Positions 39,255 to 53,324 of a stretch of DNA of 64,000 nucleotides are shown here, piece by piece (position 1 is the first letter of the stretch; every line of letters begins with the position of its first letter). Source of the stretch: Trichoplax adhaerens (taxonomy: Eukaryota; Animalia; Placozoa). The notes under the pieces are model-generated. The model was not told the origin of the DNA, did not search any database, and saw nothing but the letters and a program-made list of their open reading frames with translations. Where the stretch lies: the NCBI RefSeq assembly GCF_000150275.1, contig NW_002060947.1:7301880-7365879 (forward strand), in the 5' to 3' direction. The position numbers were made by a program, and so were the translations under genes.

Positions 39255-42200
39255 GTAAACTATTTGCGCGTTTTACTATAAATTAGATAAACGCGCTATG
39301 TCAATAAGTATCCATCAGCCTCAAGTAGAATGCTTAGATATTGTATATGAAATGGTAAAATGTTAGCGACAATTAAGTATTGGATTAATTTCATTGAAAA
39401 ATATTGAAAATTGATTAGCTTTCTATTTTTAATTATTGCCACAAGTTTAATTTAATATCTTAACATAATCGTAATAATTTTCTGTGGAAAAGCAATTAGT
39501 TCAGAAACGTTATTTAAAATAAATAGAATTCAGCGTACCATCTAGATACATAATTTCTACTGCTAGTGGTAATTATGGTATTGTAGATGAACACAATTCA
39601 ATCCTTTCAAATATCAGAAACTAACTGTATGAGAGGTAGAGACAATTAGCTAATTTTAGCTTTAAATAAAGCAATTCAAGATATAACTACATTATATTGC
39701 AAATGACTTTTTCAATTAAAACTATAGTAAGGAAGCTTATAAATCGATTTTAGTTATAATTAATTTTGAAATATTCTTAAGATTGAATCGTTTAATCTTT
39801 AACAATAATGTTAAACTTAAATCATTTCACCTTTAAACGTGAGATAATTAAATAATAAAAATTTTAATCAGCATAATATTTAGTTCACTAATATTTCAGA
39901 AATTACAACTATGCACATTATTTATTGATTTATAGGATTTAAAATGCAAGTCGATATAAAATAACGATACAAATTTTAATGAATATTTAATGCAATTGAT
40001 GACAGGAATATCTAAATTAGTGGTATTTCAAAAATGACAGTTATTTACTAATTTGGCCGTAGTATTTGACTATGGAATAATAATGCAGAAAATCTCCGGT
40101 GTATTTGTTTTGTATTAGATGAAAAATATATGGATTGACGAAATCATCCATTATTGTAGATAGGTAATATTAATTTTAATACCGTTGCTTTTTGAGGTAA
40201 CCCATCTGTTTCCCAATCTTAAAGTTCCACTTTCTTCCTGTACTTAAAATGATTCATTCCATAGCTCTTCTGACCATGAACTCTAATAGAATTTTCTAGT
40301 ATTATTAGCTAGTACAGAGGTATACTTTTCCAGCTAAAACAATAAGGGATGACAGAAGGATAAAATATCATTGTTATCATTCTTTAAATCCTCACGTACG
40401 ATATGCAAATAGAACTGGTAAATCATTAAATCAGAATTTCTGTATTATTGTTTATTTTCTGGGTGGAGGAAGTTGATAAAAAAAAATATATTTAGATTGT
40501 CAAAAATAACTGATAGACACTTAATGATAAATTGTATCCAAGCTATAACGTTATTCCTTATGGAGACTACTGTTTCAAACAGATTGCCCTCGCCATCAAA
40601 TTACGTGATGCCTGAAGACACTAAATAGCTACCGCACTTAAAAACTAATCTATTATCTCCATTCGATACTATATAAGAGAAATTATTAACGTAACATTCA
40701 GACAGAAAAATAAAATGCAAACTTTTAAAATAAGATATTATCTGCTTTTGACACTGTATATGTGAAGTAACCGTAGAATAGTTTTCTTATGCTCTCAACA
40801 ATATATAATAAGTAATCTAAGAAAAAAGAAAGTTGAATCTTAATCGTAGCACTTTATGCTTCCTTGCGTGATAGGATAGTTTTAAGCCTATATGTTTCAT
40901 GTGCATAACGTAAAATAAAAATTAAGACAGTGAAATTCCATCATAACTAAACATTCGATTGCAATCATAAAACTTTTGGAGCGGTGAAATTAATGCAGAG
41001 GGATATTTTCACTCTACTGCAAACAACTAGATAGATAGTTAAGATTGTTAAGTATTATCTGAATTTGAATTTTTCATCTATTTCTTACATATTGCAAGAA
41101 AATTATTGTAGAGGGCATCTTTAACAAGCTAAAATTGCATGAAAGATTATTAGGATAGCAAAGTATCCTCGATATTAGAAATCTATCATTGCCTTACTTT
41201 CCCGCAGGAAGGAAATCGCCCTGGAAGAGCATAGTTTTACTAACATAATATGGGATGGATGGTAACTTAATCACGATTGTAAAACTTGGCGCTAGTTGAA
41301 AATTTTTCCATTACTCGCTTCTACAACGGTACTCGTATGAAGAAATATATTGCGAAAGATACTGTCAAGCAGCCAAAGCCACGCAATATATTCTTGAGAG
41401 AGTAAAATTCTACGTAAGTTGAAAGTCAATCTAGTATATTTCATATCTAATCCAGTATAAGAGGGATTATAACAGGCTTGAATTAATTCAAACCTAAATG
41501 GCAGATCGTTAATCAAGAATTGAAAATTGTATCTAAATTCAATATTGCTTCATTATCAAGCATTTTGTATTCTGTGTAAAAAATTTACCACGGAAGATAT
41601 CGTATGTATTCAAGCCAGTTAGATCGAGCAGTAGGCCTTTCGAAAGAAAAATCGTCTCAAAATGATAAACTAATCCATTATTATTCATTTCATCTATATA
41701 GGGAATTATATTGTAAGAACAAGTATAAACCATCAGAAATGATGGGGATCATTGAGTAGTCATCAATTTCTATATAGAAATCTTGCCTGTCAATATTAAT
41801 CCTCATACGAAGGAAGTTTCTTACATGGCATCATTCAAGCCTTGTAAAAGCTACAATAGAAAATAAGGATAATTTAAAGCCATATCAAAACTGTTGATCT
41901 CTATTCATTCCTTACGTGCAGGAAACTGATTCAATAAAACACTTTCAAGCAGTCAGAAGTTGTAGATTGATAATTCATATAGTCCATACGTAACTTGAGA
42001 GCTTGCTAATTGATTATTATTCTTTCTGCATATAAAGGAAATTGTTAGGAATGGAATGAAATCAGATGCAAATTAAAATTGATATGTGCTATCAACGGCC
42101 TGAGATCGCGTAAGAAAGAATTATATTAAAATTTGCTAATAAGCTGAATTTCTCAATAGCCAATCTTGTCAACCTATTAATCGATGCTATTGGTTGACTT

Positions 42201-42348
42201 CAATGATGTTAATTAGAATTAAAAAACATAATATAAATAATTACAGATTCAACTGCTCCGATTTGGTACCCATACACACAGTATATATTATATTTTAAGT
42301 AGTAATTATGCTGAAAAGGTTTGTTTACCAATTGTGGTACCGGCAACG

Positions 42349-42612
42349 CTTTATTTTAGATGAAATTTCGCTTTTAATTCATTTTTTACGTAATATCGAA
42401 TTTACTACTCTTGAATTAAAACATCATTCATCTGCATTACTTTGTTTTCGATCAAATTTCATTTGTTAAATTCATTTTTTAAAAAATACCGAATTTGCTC
42501 CTCTTGAATTAAAACATCATTTACCAGCATTACTTTATTTTAGAAGAAATTTCATTCGTTCGATTCTTTTTTTATAGAATCTCCGAATTTGCTACTCTTG
42601 ATTTAAAATATT
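42349..42612. repeat. Degenerate ~92-bp tandem repeat, 3 copies
   Basis: cttt.tttt.ga..aaatttc...cgaattt.ct.ctcttga.ttaaaa.at starts near 42349, 42440 and 42532. Confidence 0.8.
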
Positions 42613-44594
42613 ATCTAAGAGATTAAAATGGAATCAAATGCTAGTTTCGGGCTTGACTTCTCCCCTATAAATGATATTGAGTTTGAATCTTTTTATTCAG
42701 TGCGACTGAAATAAATATCGTTGATTTTAGCTTATTAATTTCCATTCTATCTGATAATAGGAAAGTGTTTTTTCTATTAAAATTAAAACAGATGGAATTG
42801 AAGGATAGCACAGGGAGAGATTCTTAATGCCAATACAGTAGATAGCAGAGAGATAAAGTGAATCAATCTTGCATTTAATTAGAGATCAAGTTAACTTTGA
42901 CACGAGGAAATAACTAATCATCCTGCTTGAAATCATGTGATCCGCACGTTACTAAGCTGATCTACTATTGTTTATTTGATAAAAATTAATCTAATTGAAA
43001 AACGTTATCAAAGTTTTCTATGAATATTGATATCTTGCTTAGATAACATTGTATTATCAAGTGAAAATGAATAAAACAATTTTTTAATCTCTTGTTCTAT
43101 CAAACAAGGCAAATGGTCCTAGATTGTGAACCTATTATTACTGGACGCATTTTAGAATGATTTGATAGGAATAGGCTGAAATTGTAAACAACGGGATCAT
43201 AGCACAGTATTATAGGATACAGCTATCGTAATCATTTTCGATGGTAATGATAACGAGGTTTGATAGTTCAATCAGGCGTCAATATTGGAAAGGAAAAGTG
43301 AAAAACTTAGCGATAATTATGTTGAAAGTATTAATAACTATAGTACAATGCTGTCCGGGTAATGGAATTAAATCGTTATGATGGTGGAATTACAGGAAAT
43401 AAATGTTTGATAAGTTCAAAATTTACGGATTCATATTACAATTTCGAATTTTGTGATCGATGGAATGAACATCTAATTAAGCCTTTACATTCCGCGAATG
43501 TAACTTTTGTACTTTTATTGACAGATTAAATTGGTAATTCCAGATTCAATCAAAGCCGTTGTATATCGTTACATTTTTAGACTTTCATGACGGATAGAGT
43601 TCTAGATAATAGATTAAATCAACATTATTTGCATTTAGCTTGGACAGCATTTTCTGAATTTAGATGACAACCTTGGGTGACGGTTGAATAGATTGATTTA
43701 TAAATAAACTAACGAACAATGTTCATGATTGGAAGAGAGTAAATTCAAGATTTCAAGTGATGAAGAGAGAAATTAGAGTCGATTATATTAGCTGACTAAG
43801 CAGTTGGTGTTTTCATATCCGTAGATTTAGAATAGATAAATAGAACAGCAGAGGCCAAGTAGTTTCGTTCTTCAAAGCAAGGACTACTGATGAAAGGAAA
43901 TAACGACTGTTGAATATCATGACAATTATCATGATTCGGAATTAGTATACCAATTGATTGTTTATTGCTAAGGCTAGTTTGAGAATTGGCCGTGAATAAA
44001 TAAAATAAAGATCTGAAAGTTCCTTGTTGAATGTAATAATGTAAAACTTGCCCAATTTATTGGAAATATAAAAGGCTTGAACTGTTAATTTACACCTGTT
44101 TTTTTCCCCTCCACTGTAACATCATAACAATAGCAATTATTGTCATGGCTAGCATAAAGAAGTTGATCAACTTCTCAAAAGCTAAGTTAAGTGATTGATT
44201 GAGGTTTAATCAAGCAGAACATGATGTAATAAATTGAATTATTCCATTTCCAAAGTATTAACTCATATGATCTTGATAAACAATTCAAAAGTACTAGATA
44301 ATAGCCATCAATTTGTTATAAATACTCAGTTGTGTAGGGGAAAAATTTCAACCTCTTCGAATGTTAGGCAAAGAAAATCCTGGATAACTAGAATTGGATT
44401 TCTAAAAAATTACGGCTTAACCACGTTTAGTTCTTAGGTTATTGGTCTTGGTGATTCTATCTTCACTTCGTCTTTACTTTTCCCTTAGAGATTATCTTAA
44501 TTAACGGTATCGGCATTTCTAATTGGAAAACAAATCAAAGTCAATACGGTGTTTACTGTAGTCATTAACTTGTGATTATTTAGCATAGCAATTC

Positions 44595-47500
44595 ATGATG
44601 GAAAATCAATCAGTAGCTAATGACTCATTGAACCCTACTAGTTCTGAAATTATTTGGCTTTATCCCTATAGACCCGCCGAATTTGATAAGATTAATTTAA
44701 TCGTATCATCAGCTATCCTTATCTTCTTATGCATTACTGGAACCATTGCCAATATGGTCCTACTTGTTATTTTACCGAGGCAACGCTTTGCACATGCTTC
44801 ATCGTCCTCTATTACTTGTATTTTATTAACTAACTTAGCACTAGCCGATCTATTCAATTGCACTATAGCCGCTCCGTTAACGGTCATTATGTTAGTTGCA
44901 GATTTTTATATTGAACCCCATCTGTGCTTAATATTCAAATCAGTATCCAAAGTGAGTACTGGAATGAATTGTTTTGTTTTAACATTACTCAGTATTGAGC
45001 GCTATTTATGTATAGTCAAGCCTCGTGAAAGTTTAGTTATCGCTAAAATTGGTAAGCGGCAGAAAATTTATACTATATTATTATCCTTGGTTTGGTTTAT
45101 TACTATTGGACTCGAATGTGGTATGCTAATGCAGTTGGCCCAACCCGTATGGACTTACGTCTGCTTTACTATCAAACTTGACGTAAGTCTATCTTATTTT
45201 ACGACTATTGGTCGTAAGTTAGCTATTCCTTTTCTTTACTGTAGAATATGGTTCTATTTCTAGATAGAAATTCAGTAATTTTTTTTGGCATAGAGTAAGG
45301 TTATACTTTTGGATAGTTGAACGAAATAATAATTGGATATTGCCACCTAGAGAGTAAATAGTATTCTAGTCATATTATTCCTCGCGACTACGCTAGTCTG
45401 TAAATTTAAATGCGATAACATGGTATACCATTAACAATATTTTATGTCTCTTGCTATAAATTATAGAGCACAACTTGTATAAGTATTAATTATTTTCATT
45501 AGAGTAAATTATTTCAATCGGTAGCTATTACTGGGACGAAAATTAGATATGCAAGTACCACACGGCATTAGTTTATTCGTCTAGCTTGAAAAGAATTCTA
45601 TCTAAAATTTCCTAACCTTTCCCTTCAATCTTGTAGTTGCAAGTTACAATCCATATAATTACAGCTTTAAATTTATAAACTCGTTTATTTTTTCACCATT
45701 CAAACTTAAGAAATGGGAAAATAATCAACTAAATATTGAAGAATTAAAGCGGCATCAATAGGTTACATTCATATTAAAGTGTTAACTTCATTATTCGCTT
45801 CGCCACTAATTTAATCAAACTAATTTTGAACTAGCATATAGTCTGTGTCATAAAAGTGACAGTAAACTTTTAATAAGACTTTAATTAATTATAGCCTGGA
45901 TTTGAAAATTATTTACGTTTAATTATAGTGTATGAGAACTCAAAATGTGCCATAATTAATAATTATTGTCGGAAAAATTTTAGCGGCCATAGGAATATCA
46001 ATATTATATTGATTAATATAATTGCTGGTTGCAACACGAAGTGATTTATTTCATTCTAATGGTCTAATAAATTATAAACAAAGATGACCAGATATGTGAT
46101 GGTTACGATTAGAAAATTAATTTGAGCATCGAATGGAGAAGAGAATAATTGTCTTGGATTGTTAAACTAATGATCTTATACACATAGGCTAATACGGACA
46201 GTATTTCATATTAAATCGTCTATTTAACTCAATACGAAGAGTGAAATAGAATTGAAATGAGTTAAAAACATGCCAAAGTAACAGCCTCTTTGATCATTTT
46301 AGTAGTATTATAATTTTTTAAAAGATCTCATGTTGAATAATAGCTATGGAAACAGTTCTCATCATTTTTAATGGAAATAAAATGCATTACTCCAGATTTT
46401 CAGTGGAACCGTTTAAAAACAAAAATAATTATGTATATTAATTTTGTCCAATCCTTGGTTTACTAACGACCTTAGCTACATTGAAATTAATTTTAATCCG
46501 ATAGTAATATTATTGATCCTAATATCTTAATTGAAGCCTCTATAGTCAATTAATTTACACATATAATTACGTTTCGACAAATTCTAGGCAAAGTAGTGTA
46601 TATTTCAATACTAGAGATTGCAGTAGTTCTCATCTTTCAGAATGCTTATAAATGATTAATTTCTTCGTTTTTCTGCTTAATTGTAACCAGCCTATTTGCA
46701 GATTATTTATAGATTTTTAATTTAAATAGATAAATAAATTGAAAGATTTAAGATATCTGATTATAATTCAACCTGACCCCTTCAAAAGTACGCGGTACGA
46801 GCTAATTAACTGAAGAAAAAAGAACTAGTTAACAACTATTAATTTACTAGAAGTAGCTTTCGTTTTCAGCCTATCTCCTTAAAGAGTAATATTTATAATA
46901 GCTAGCGTATATTTCAATGCTAGAAATTGTAATAGTTCTCATTATTCAAAATGTTTATGAAATTGTTAATTTCTTCGCTGTACTGCTTAATAATAGCTGG
47001 CCTAGTACCTAGTAGTTATCTTAATCAGAGTTTTAAATTAAGTTAGATATATATTAATTGAAAAATTTTATAGTTAAATATAATTTCTTTAAAAGTGCAT
47101 CATATGAGTTAATCTACAAAGGAAAAAAAGAATTTGTCGGTAGCAGCTATTAATTTATTAGAAATAGCTTTCATCTTCCGTTTACTTCTGTCAGGAGTAC
47201 TATTTATAATAGCCAGTGTTTGTTTTAGTACTAGAGATTACAGTAAATTGTCATCATCATCATCATTATAGAGGATTTATTTCTTCGCCTTACTACTTAA
47301 TGGTAATTTGCCTAGAAGTAACTTTAGTAATGCAGTTTTAATTTAAGATAGAAATATAAATCTAAAGATTTATTAATTAATTAATCATGACTTCTTCAAA
47401 AGTGCCACATATGAACAAATCTACCGAATACAAAAAAAATTTGTCTACAGCTATTAATTTACCAGATCTTCTGTCTACCCTTGAAAAGAGTAATATTTGT

Positions 47501-49318
47501 AATTTTCCTATAACAATCTTCATTGGAACTTTATTTTTTGTGACAATATCCTAATATTAACTTTCAACTGGATTATCTATAAATTCTGATTTTCGAAAGC
47601 AAAGTCAATAATCCTTAGCTAACCATGCAAATAAGGAAATAATTTAATTTCCATTCGACATTATAATAGCGCTCACAGCAGAACTGTGAATGCCGATCCG
47701 ATATTTAGCTTTTTGATAGAATTATTACTAAGGATTTAGCGAGGTATTAAACCCGATTGGAAGAATTTCCAATAGAACTAATGAATAGTTTATAGTAATA
47801 TATAATGATATCCTCATTCCAGAAATAGAAATCGTATGATTATTTCAAGGTGTACGCGTATGTTGCGGCAAGTTGATTGCCTATAAATATTTTGATTTAT
47901 ACGCGGCTTTAATCTTAATAATTCATAGATTTGGCAAGGCAAAATATTCATCATTGAATACTAAGTTTCCTATCTGTTTTCTTTCATAATGCCATTGAAA
48001 TATATCTAGCCTAAAGTTGATCTCGGCCTTTCTTCTCCACTATTTGGGATTGGCGCAGGATGGTTAACTTTCCTAACATTCCTCGCTATCGTAACAGCAA
48101 TCGTAACCTCTATTGGTGCTCGATGTCGCCTTTCTAGAATGATTAAATACGATCAAAATTCACCCAATCATCGAAGAATTATGCATGCCAATAAAAAAAT
48201 TAACAAGGTAATCTTATACTTGATTTCAAGATTAAAATTAGAGTAGATTTTTCCCTAGGTTACAGGGGTTTATGTTTTAGATCTTTTCTATGTTTGAGAA
48301 ACCCCTTTCTTAGATAAAATAAGCGAAATATTTCCAATATCAGTCACTCAATATTTTATTAGTTCAACTACAATACTCAAAAGTGGCGTAAGTTTCTACT
48401 ATTCTAAATTACTAACAACAATTACTTTAGATCCAGCTAACTGTAACACATTTTACGATAATGCCAAACTGGTGCAAGAGTTGAAATCTGATTGCCTTAA
48501 TTACTTAAGTTAATCATCCATGAAAATAGTAGATTTTTATTTAATTGATGCCAGTATTTAAGAGTTTGAACCATTTCTAGATGTTAGTATTTATAGAGCC
48601 ACTCAATAGCTTTGCCTGAAATACTCTTTATCATCCCTATCACATGTTTTGGATGCAATTAACAATAAAGAAATTAAATTAAGTTACTAGCAACAATTTA
48701 GAACCGGCTAACTGAAAGATATTCTATGGTAAAGCTAAGCTGATGCAAGAATTGAATCCTGATATTTTTAATTGCGTATTCAAATGATCCATGAAATGAC
48801 AGTTGATCTCTAAACTGATGCCAATATTAATAGTCGAGACCATTTCTAGATACTTTTATTTACAAGGCTAATCGACAGTTTTACTTGAACTACTCTATAT
48901 CATCCCAAATTAAATTGGTTGGATATTATTAATATGACAGGAGTTAAATTGATTAACCCATAGCGGAGGCATTTGCATCCTATTTGCTTCCTTCAGTTCT
49001 ATTTCAAAGTAAATAAATCGTTTAATCTGTCTATAGCTAAACATATTAAATTTGCAATATACTTATTGCTAAAAGTGACTAATCTTCAGAATGAATTATT
49101 TTTCTTAGGCTTTTGGCTTCATCGTTGCATTTTATTTGCTAACGTATTTGCCTTTATATGCGACTCAAATTTTGGGATCCATATTGCGCCAACCATTACT
49201 AGATGCCATGCTAATTTCATTGACTATTAATACATTCAATGCCGCTGCCGATCCCTTGATCTATATTTCCTTTAATGGCTCCTTTAGGCAGAAAATATAT
49301 AAATTCTTATCATTGTAA
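44595..49318 (+). CDS. Orphan class A (rhodopsin-like) GPCR, 3 exons, ~331 aa
   Basis: Exons 44595-45182, 48010-48207 and 49109-49318 joined by phase-0 GT-AG introns. TM1 GTIAN, TM2 NLALAD, TM3 SIERY, TM4 W, TM5 in exon 2, TM6 FYLLTYLP, TM7 DPLIY, helix 8 FRQKI. Confidence 0.9.
46590..47505. repeat. Degenerate ~310-bp tandem repeat (3 copies) in GPCR intron 1
   Basis: ag.gt.t.ttt.a.t.ctaga.att...gta....tcat and atttcttcg....t.cttaat recur near 46595, 46904 and 47215. Confidence 0.75.
48405..48950. repeat. Two-copy ~275-bp degenerate duplication in GPCR intron 2
   Basis: acta.caacaatt..ttaga.cc.gctaactg...tgcaaga.ttgaa...atccatgaaa...tgatgcca.tatt...ccatttctagat at ~48411 and ~48686. Confidence 0.75.
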
Positions 49319-52300
49319 AGGCGATTACTAGGCTTTACTTTGATGATTTCTTAGGCCATGATATTTGCCTTACGTTACGAACAAGATATTAGCAGCACTA
49401 CCGACAGAGTATGGTATAGTTATTATCTGAGCATTCTTTAACTAATCATAACGTTAGGTTGGTAAATGAATTTGTCTGTTGAAATCTCATTGGATACTAC
49501 AGTTATATCTGTTGAAGAAAATGTCATCTCTACACACAGGTAAAGTTGGACAATTCTATTCAACTTCGAAAGCAATAAACCCTAAACATTTCTTCCATAA
49601 TATTCTTCATTCTACTATCATGTTACGATAGATTAAATAATGACTTCTAAATGGAATCATTTTCATCGTAAAAAATAATATCCAAATTTAAAGTTGACAA
49701 GTTATATGAATTCTCCGGTTGACTAATAGTGAATACAGACATCGATACAATATTGGAATTTTATGGATCCTCTGCAAATATTTCTTGCCATAATTTTAGT
49801 TGAAAGTAGAACTTTCATTCGTTTCTTCATGATCACATCATTACTTATTATCTACTACGATCATCATAAGTCAAAGTAATATCCGAATTAAATATTGATT
49901 TATTATATTTGTTATACATCTTTCAGCACATTAAGTGCCGGCATTTCTGTCTTGTAGAGCTGCAATCTTCAAATTTCATCTATAGCTTTAAGCTAATTAG
50001 TGAAAGATGCTGTTACGAAATAATCAAATGCAAGAAAAAGTTTTACTCCATTATTATACCTTGAACTATCGCCTTATACGATGTTCATAAACTAGTATGG
50101 CATTCATATTCTGTTAACAATTATTGAAAATATGCGACGTCTTCAAAAAATTCAAAGCCTAATATTAAATATTTACTTAACGTTCTATTTTAGGTTACAC
50201 ACTGCTTTTTTTTAACAGGACTTCACAAAAATTGTGCAGACATAAAATGGCTCGCAAATTTTTATATTGTCTACATAATGATCTTATATTGCTGAAATAA
50301 GTTTGAGTTGTTAACATTCTTTGAAATTATGGTGATATTATCCTTTGCTAGTACAGCATATTCTGCGTATCAATTTGCTTTAGAATTGATGATATGCGTA
50401 TATGTAGTCCATTTGAATTGAGCCTTGGCATTGTAGATCTGTAAATTTAGCTGTATAACGATTTTGAAAATAAATACTTGGCTCCAATTCTACTCTAAAT
50501 ACAGGCACGGATAGTTGAACAGCAAATAGATGGGTGTACTGGATACAAGTTGTCTCACAAAATAGTGGAGTCTTTTGAATTAGTTGATTGCTAACTTCTA
50601 AAATGCCACGCTTATTAAAGTACCTTTTTACAGTAAATAGATTAGTTATAGTTAGCATCGAAAGTGCCTATGAGATCAGGAAGCTATTTTGTATCCAAAT
50701 GCCTAATTAATACGATGATATTGAGGGACATCGATATTCGATGACTAATACAAGACAAGTAGATTATCGCGGATGACAAGATACCCATTGATAGAATCAT
50801 CAAAACACCTTAACTACTGGTATCTAATGTAAGTTAGTTAAAAGCAGATATTGCGGCACAGAATATTTAAAGTATTAACTATCTCCTAATCTCAATTAAG
50901 TTATGCCAATAAACAAGGCTAATTTCTTTACCCTGCGATAGTACCTTGATGTGTGCCAATCTGAACGCAATATTTTCATTGGCTATTTTTCATCACCCTA
51001 GCATCCGTTGTCAGGATTACTTTGACATTAGCCTAGAATCTTGGTCTACCGATATATTTATAATTACATAAGAAAATGCTGATAGATCGATTAACTGAAT
51101 AAAATATGTTAAACACTCCGTATTTAATAACGATGCAATAATAGCTTTAAATTTACGATTTAGGCTAATTGTAGTAATTCAATTAAACTAATATTGGTAA
51201 ACTACTGGAATGCCAATCTCGCATCATTAACCAGGAAAGCTCTTTAGTATCTTGTTCTAGAATTACACATTTGATGATTCATTCGGTAAGTCCATGACAG
51301 CCGATGAATCCAGGATAGATTTTAAAGTATAGATATACTATATGAAATATCCTAACTTAAATTTTAATTCAATATTGAATAATATCGTCGTTGGATAACT
51401 GCAACATTGCGCCACCATATTAGCGTAAGGATTCTAAAAAACTAATCATATTGGGCTTCTAAAAGTATCTGTGTAGTGCCGTGAGTTTAGCACTTGAGTT
51501 AAATTCTTAATTAAGTATGGAATTACTAATATGCATCACCATACGCTATAATACTTGCGTAGTTTAATGCGATTAGTTGCTCATGCCCCGGCAAAATATG
51601 ATATTTCAATGCCCGTACTTAGCGCATGGAAGCGTGATAATGTTACTACTATTACTAAATAGGTCATACGCTAGGATTCATAAGCGTGTGCAACGAGTAG
51701 ATCGGGAGTTGTTCTTGTTCATAGTTTGCTGTAAATACAGTTACGGTTGGTTTTTATTGTAATAAAGCTTAATTCGGGTTTTAAATACAGTTAGACTAAT
51801 TTACTGTTGACCCTTAAGAATTGACTTTACTACAATCTGGTATTAATCATACTTCTCAATCTTATTTGAACATGATATACGCTTTTTTTAATTCTAAGGC
51901 CTTCAAATCGAGGTTTCAATCTAAGCTGGATATTCCATCTTGCATATTTTAATATCAATGTAATTACAATATGAAACATTCTTCAAGCTTAACCTTTGTT
52001 GCCAGGATTCTATAGAGGCCCTATATCATTAAATTTGAATCTTATTCTACCAACATGCTTATAATAATATAAGATGGTAATGGATTGATTAATTAATACA
52101 AATTAATTCAAGTACTCCTCATCTAATAACGATACGATAATTGTCTCAATCTTACGTTTAAAGAGATTGTGAAAATCAATTGAATCGATATCGATAAACT
52201 ATCGAAATTTTAATTTGACATTGTACTCAAAACGTTTTAATCGCCATAGATTTATTAATACAACACAGATTGGACCAAGGGCTCTACAGCTAGACAATAC

Positions 52301-53324
52301 GATCATAGTTTCAATCTCATATTTAATTTGAAGAGTTTGCCAAAATTCAATTAAATCGATAACAGTAAAGCTAACGAAAGTTTTAATTTTACCTTGTATT
52401 CAAACGTTTTAATCGTTATCCAATGCTTAACTATTTTCTAAATTGATGAAATTTAACCTTCTAAAGATTAATGTTCACAGAGGTTCATGAGCCTTGTTAG
52501 TTAAGCAATACGTAACGACATAAAAATTACAGTTAGATCAATTCACATCAACCTAGTCTACTTTATAATTACGATATTATAAAAGGCCATTTTTTTCAAG
52601 TAGTTAATAAAGCTTATGCAGCTTCTTAATAGCTTGAAAACACTATTATCTATATAAATATTAGTAATAGATGAAGATGCTAAGCTTTTATAATCTTTTG
52701 TTCTAGCTTCAAATCGCTGTGTTACAAGATCCTTATTGTTCACCTTTAGTATATTTATTCGACTACCAGGAGGTCTATACAGAACACTAAATAGGGTGGA
52801 AACTATGGAAACCGGTGGTCTTGCCATTTTCGTCATGTTCTTGATGACGACGAAATACTATTGTGGTAGAATGATGGAATTGTTTAATTTCATTCCCTTG
52901 TGTTTTAATTCAATTTAATGAATAATGTGGACTTGATGTTTATTGGAACAATATTAAATCCAAATCGAACCCGTCATATATGATAGAAATACATGATAAA
53001 AAGAGATTGGCGATTAACTCACTGCTAGAAGGCTGCACTAACGGTAGTTGAAGTAATTAATATAATTAGATAACCTTCTTTTCAGTGCTTATTTTAAGTG
53101 ACCGTTAAGGGAAAGCGGGAGGTTGCTATTCGATTAAATCTGGACAAGACAGAAATATTGGCAACCTTTTTGATAGAGTGGCAGCCATAAGAGGTTATCT
53201 GACATAAATCTGATTAAAGCGTGAATTATAACCAAAGATAGACATAATAATAAGTTTAAGCCAACGATCAAGTCTTGACATTTAATAAGTTAAATAACGC
53301 GGAAGAAAAGGAAAATCAGCTAAT

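Noticed and set aside
52140-52420. Short degenerate duplication (~165-bp spacing) upstream of the TPR gene
   Set aside because: Two weak copies only, with no termini or TSD; not informative.
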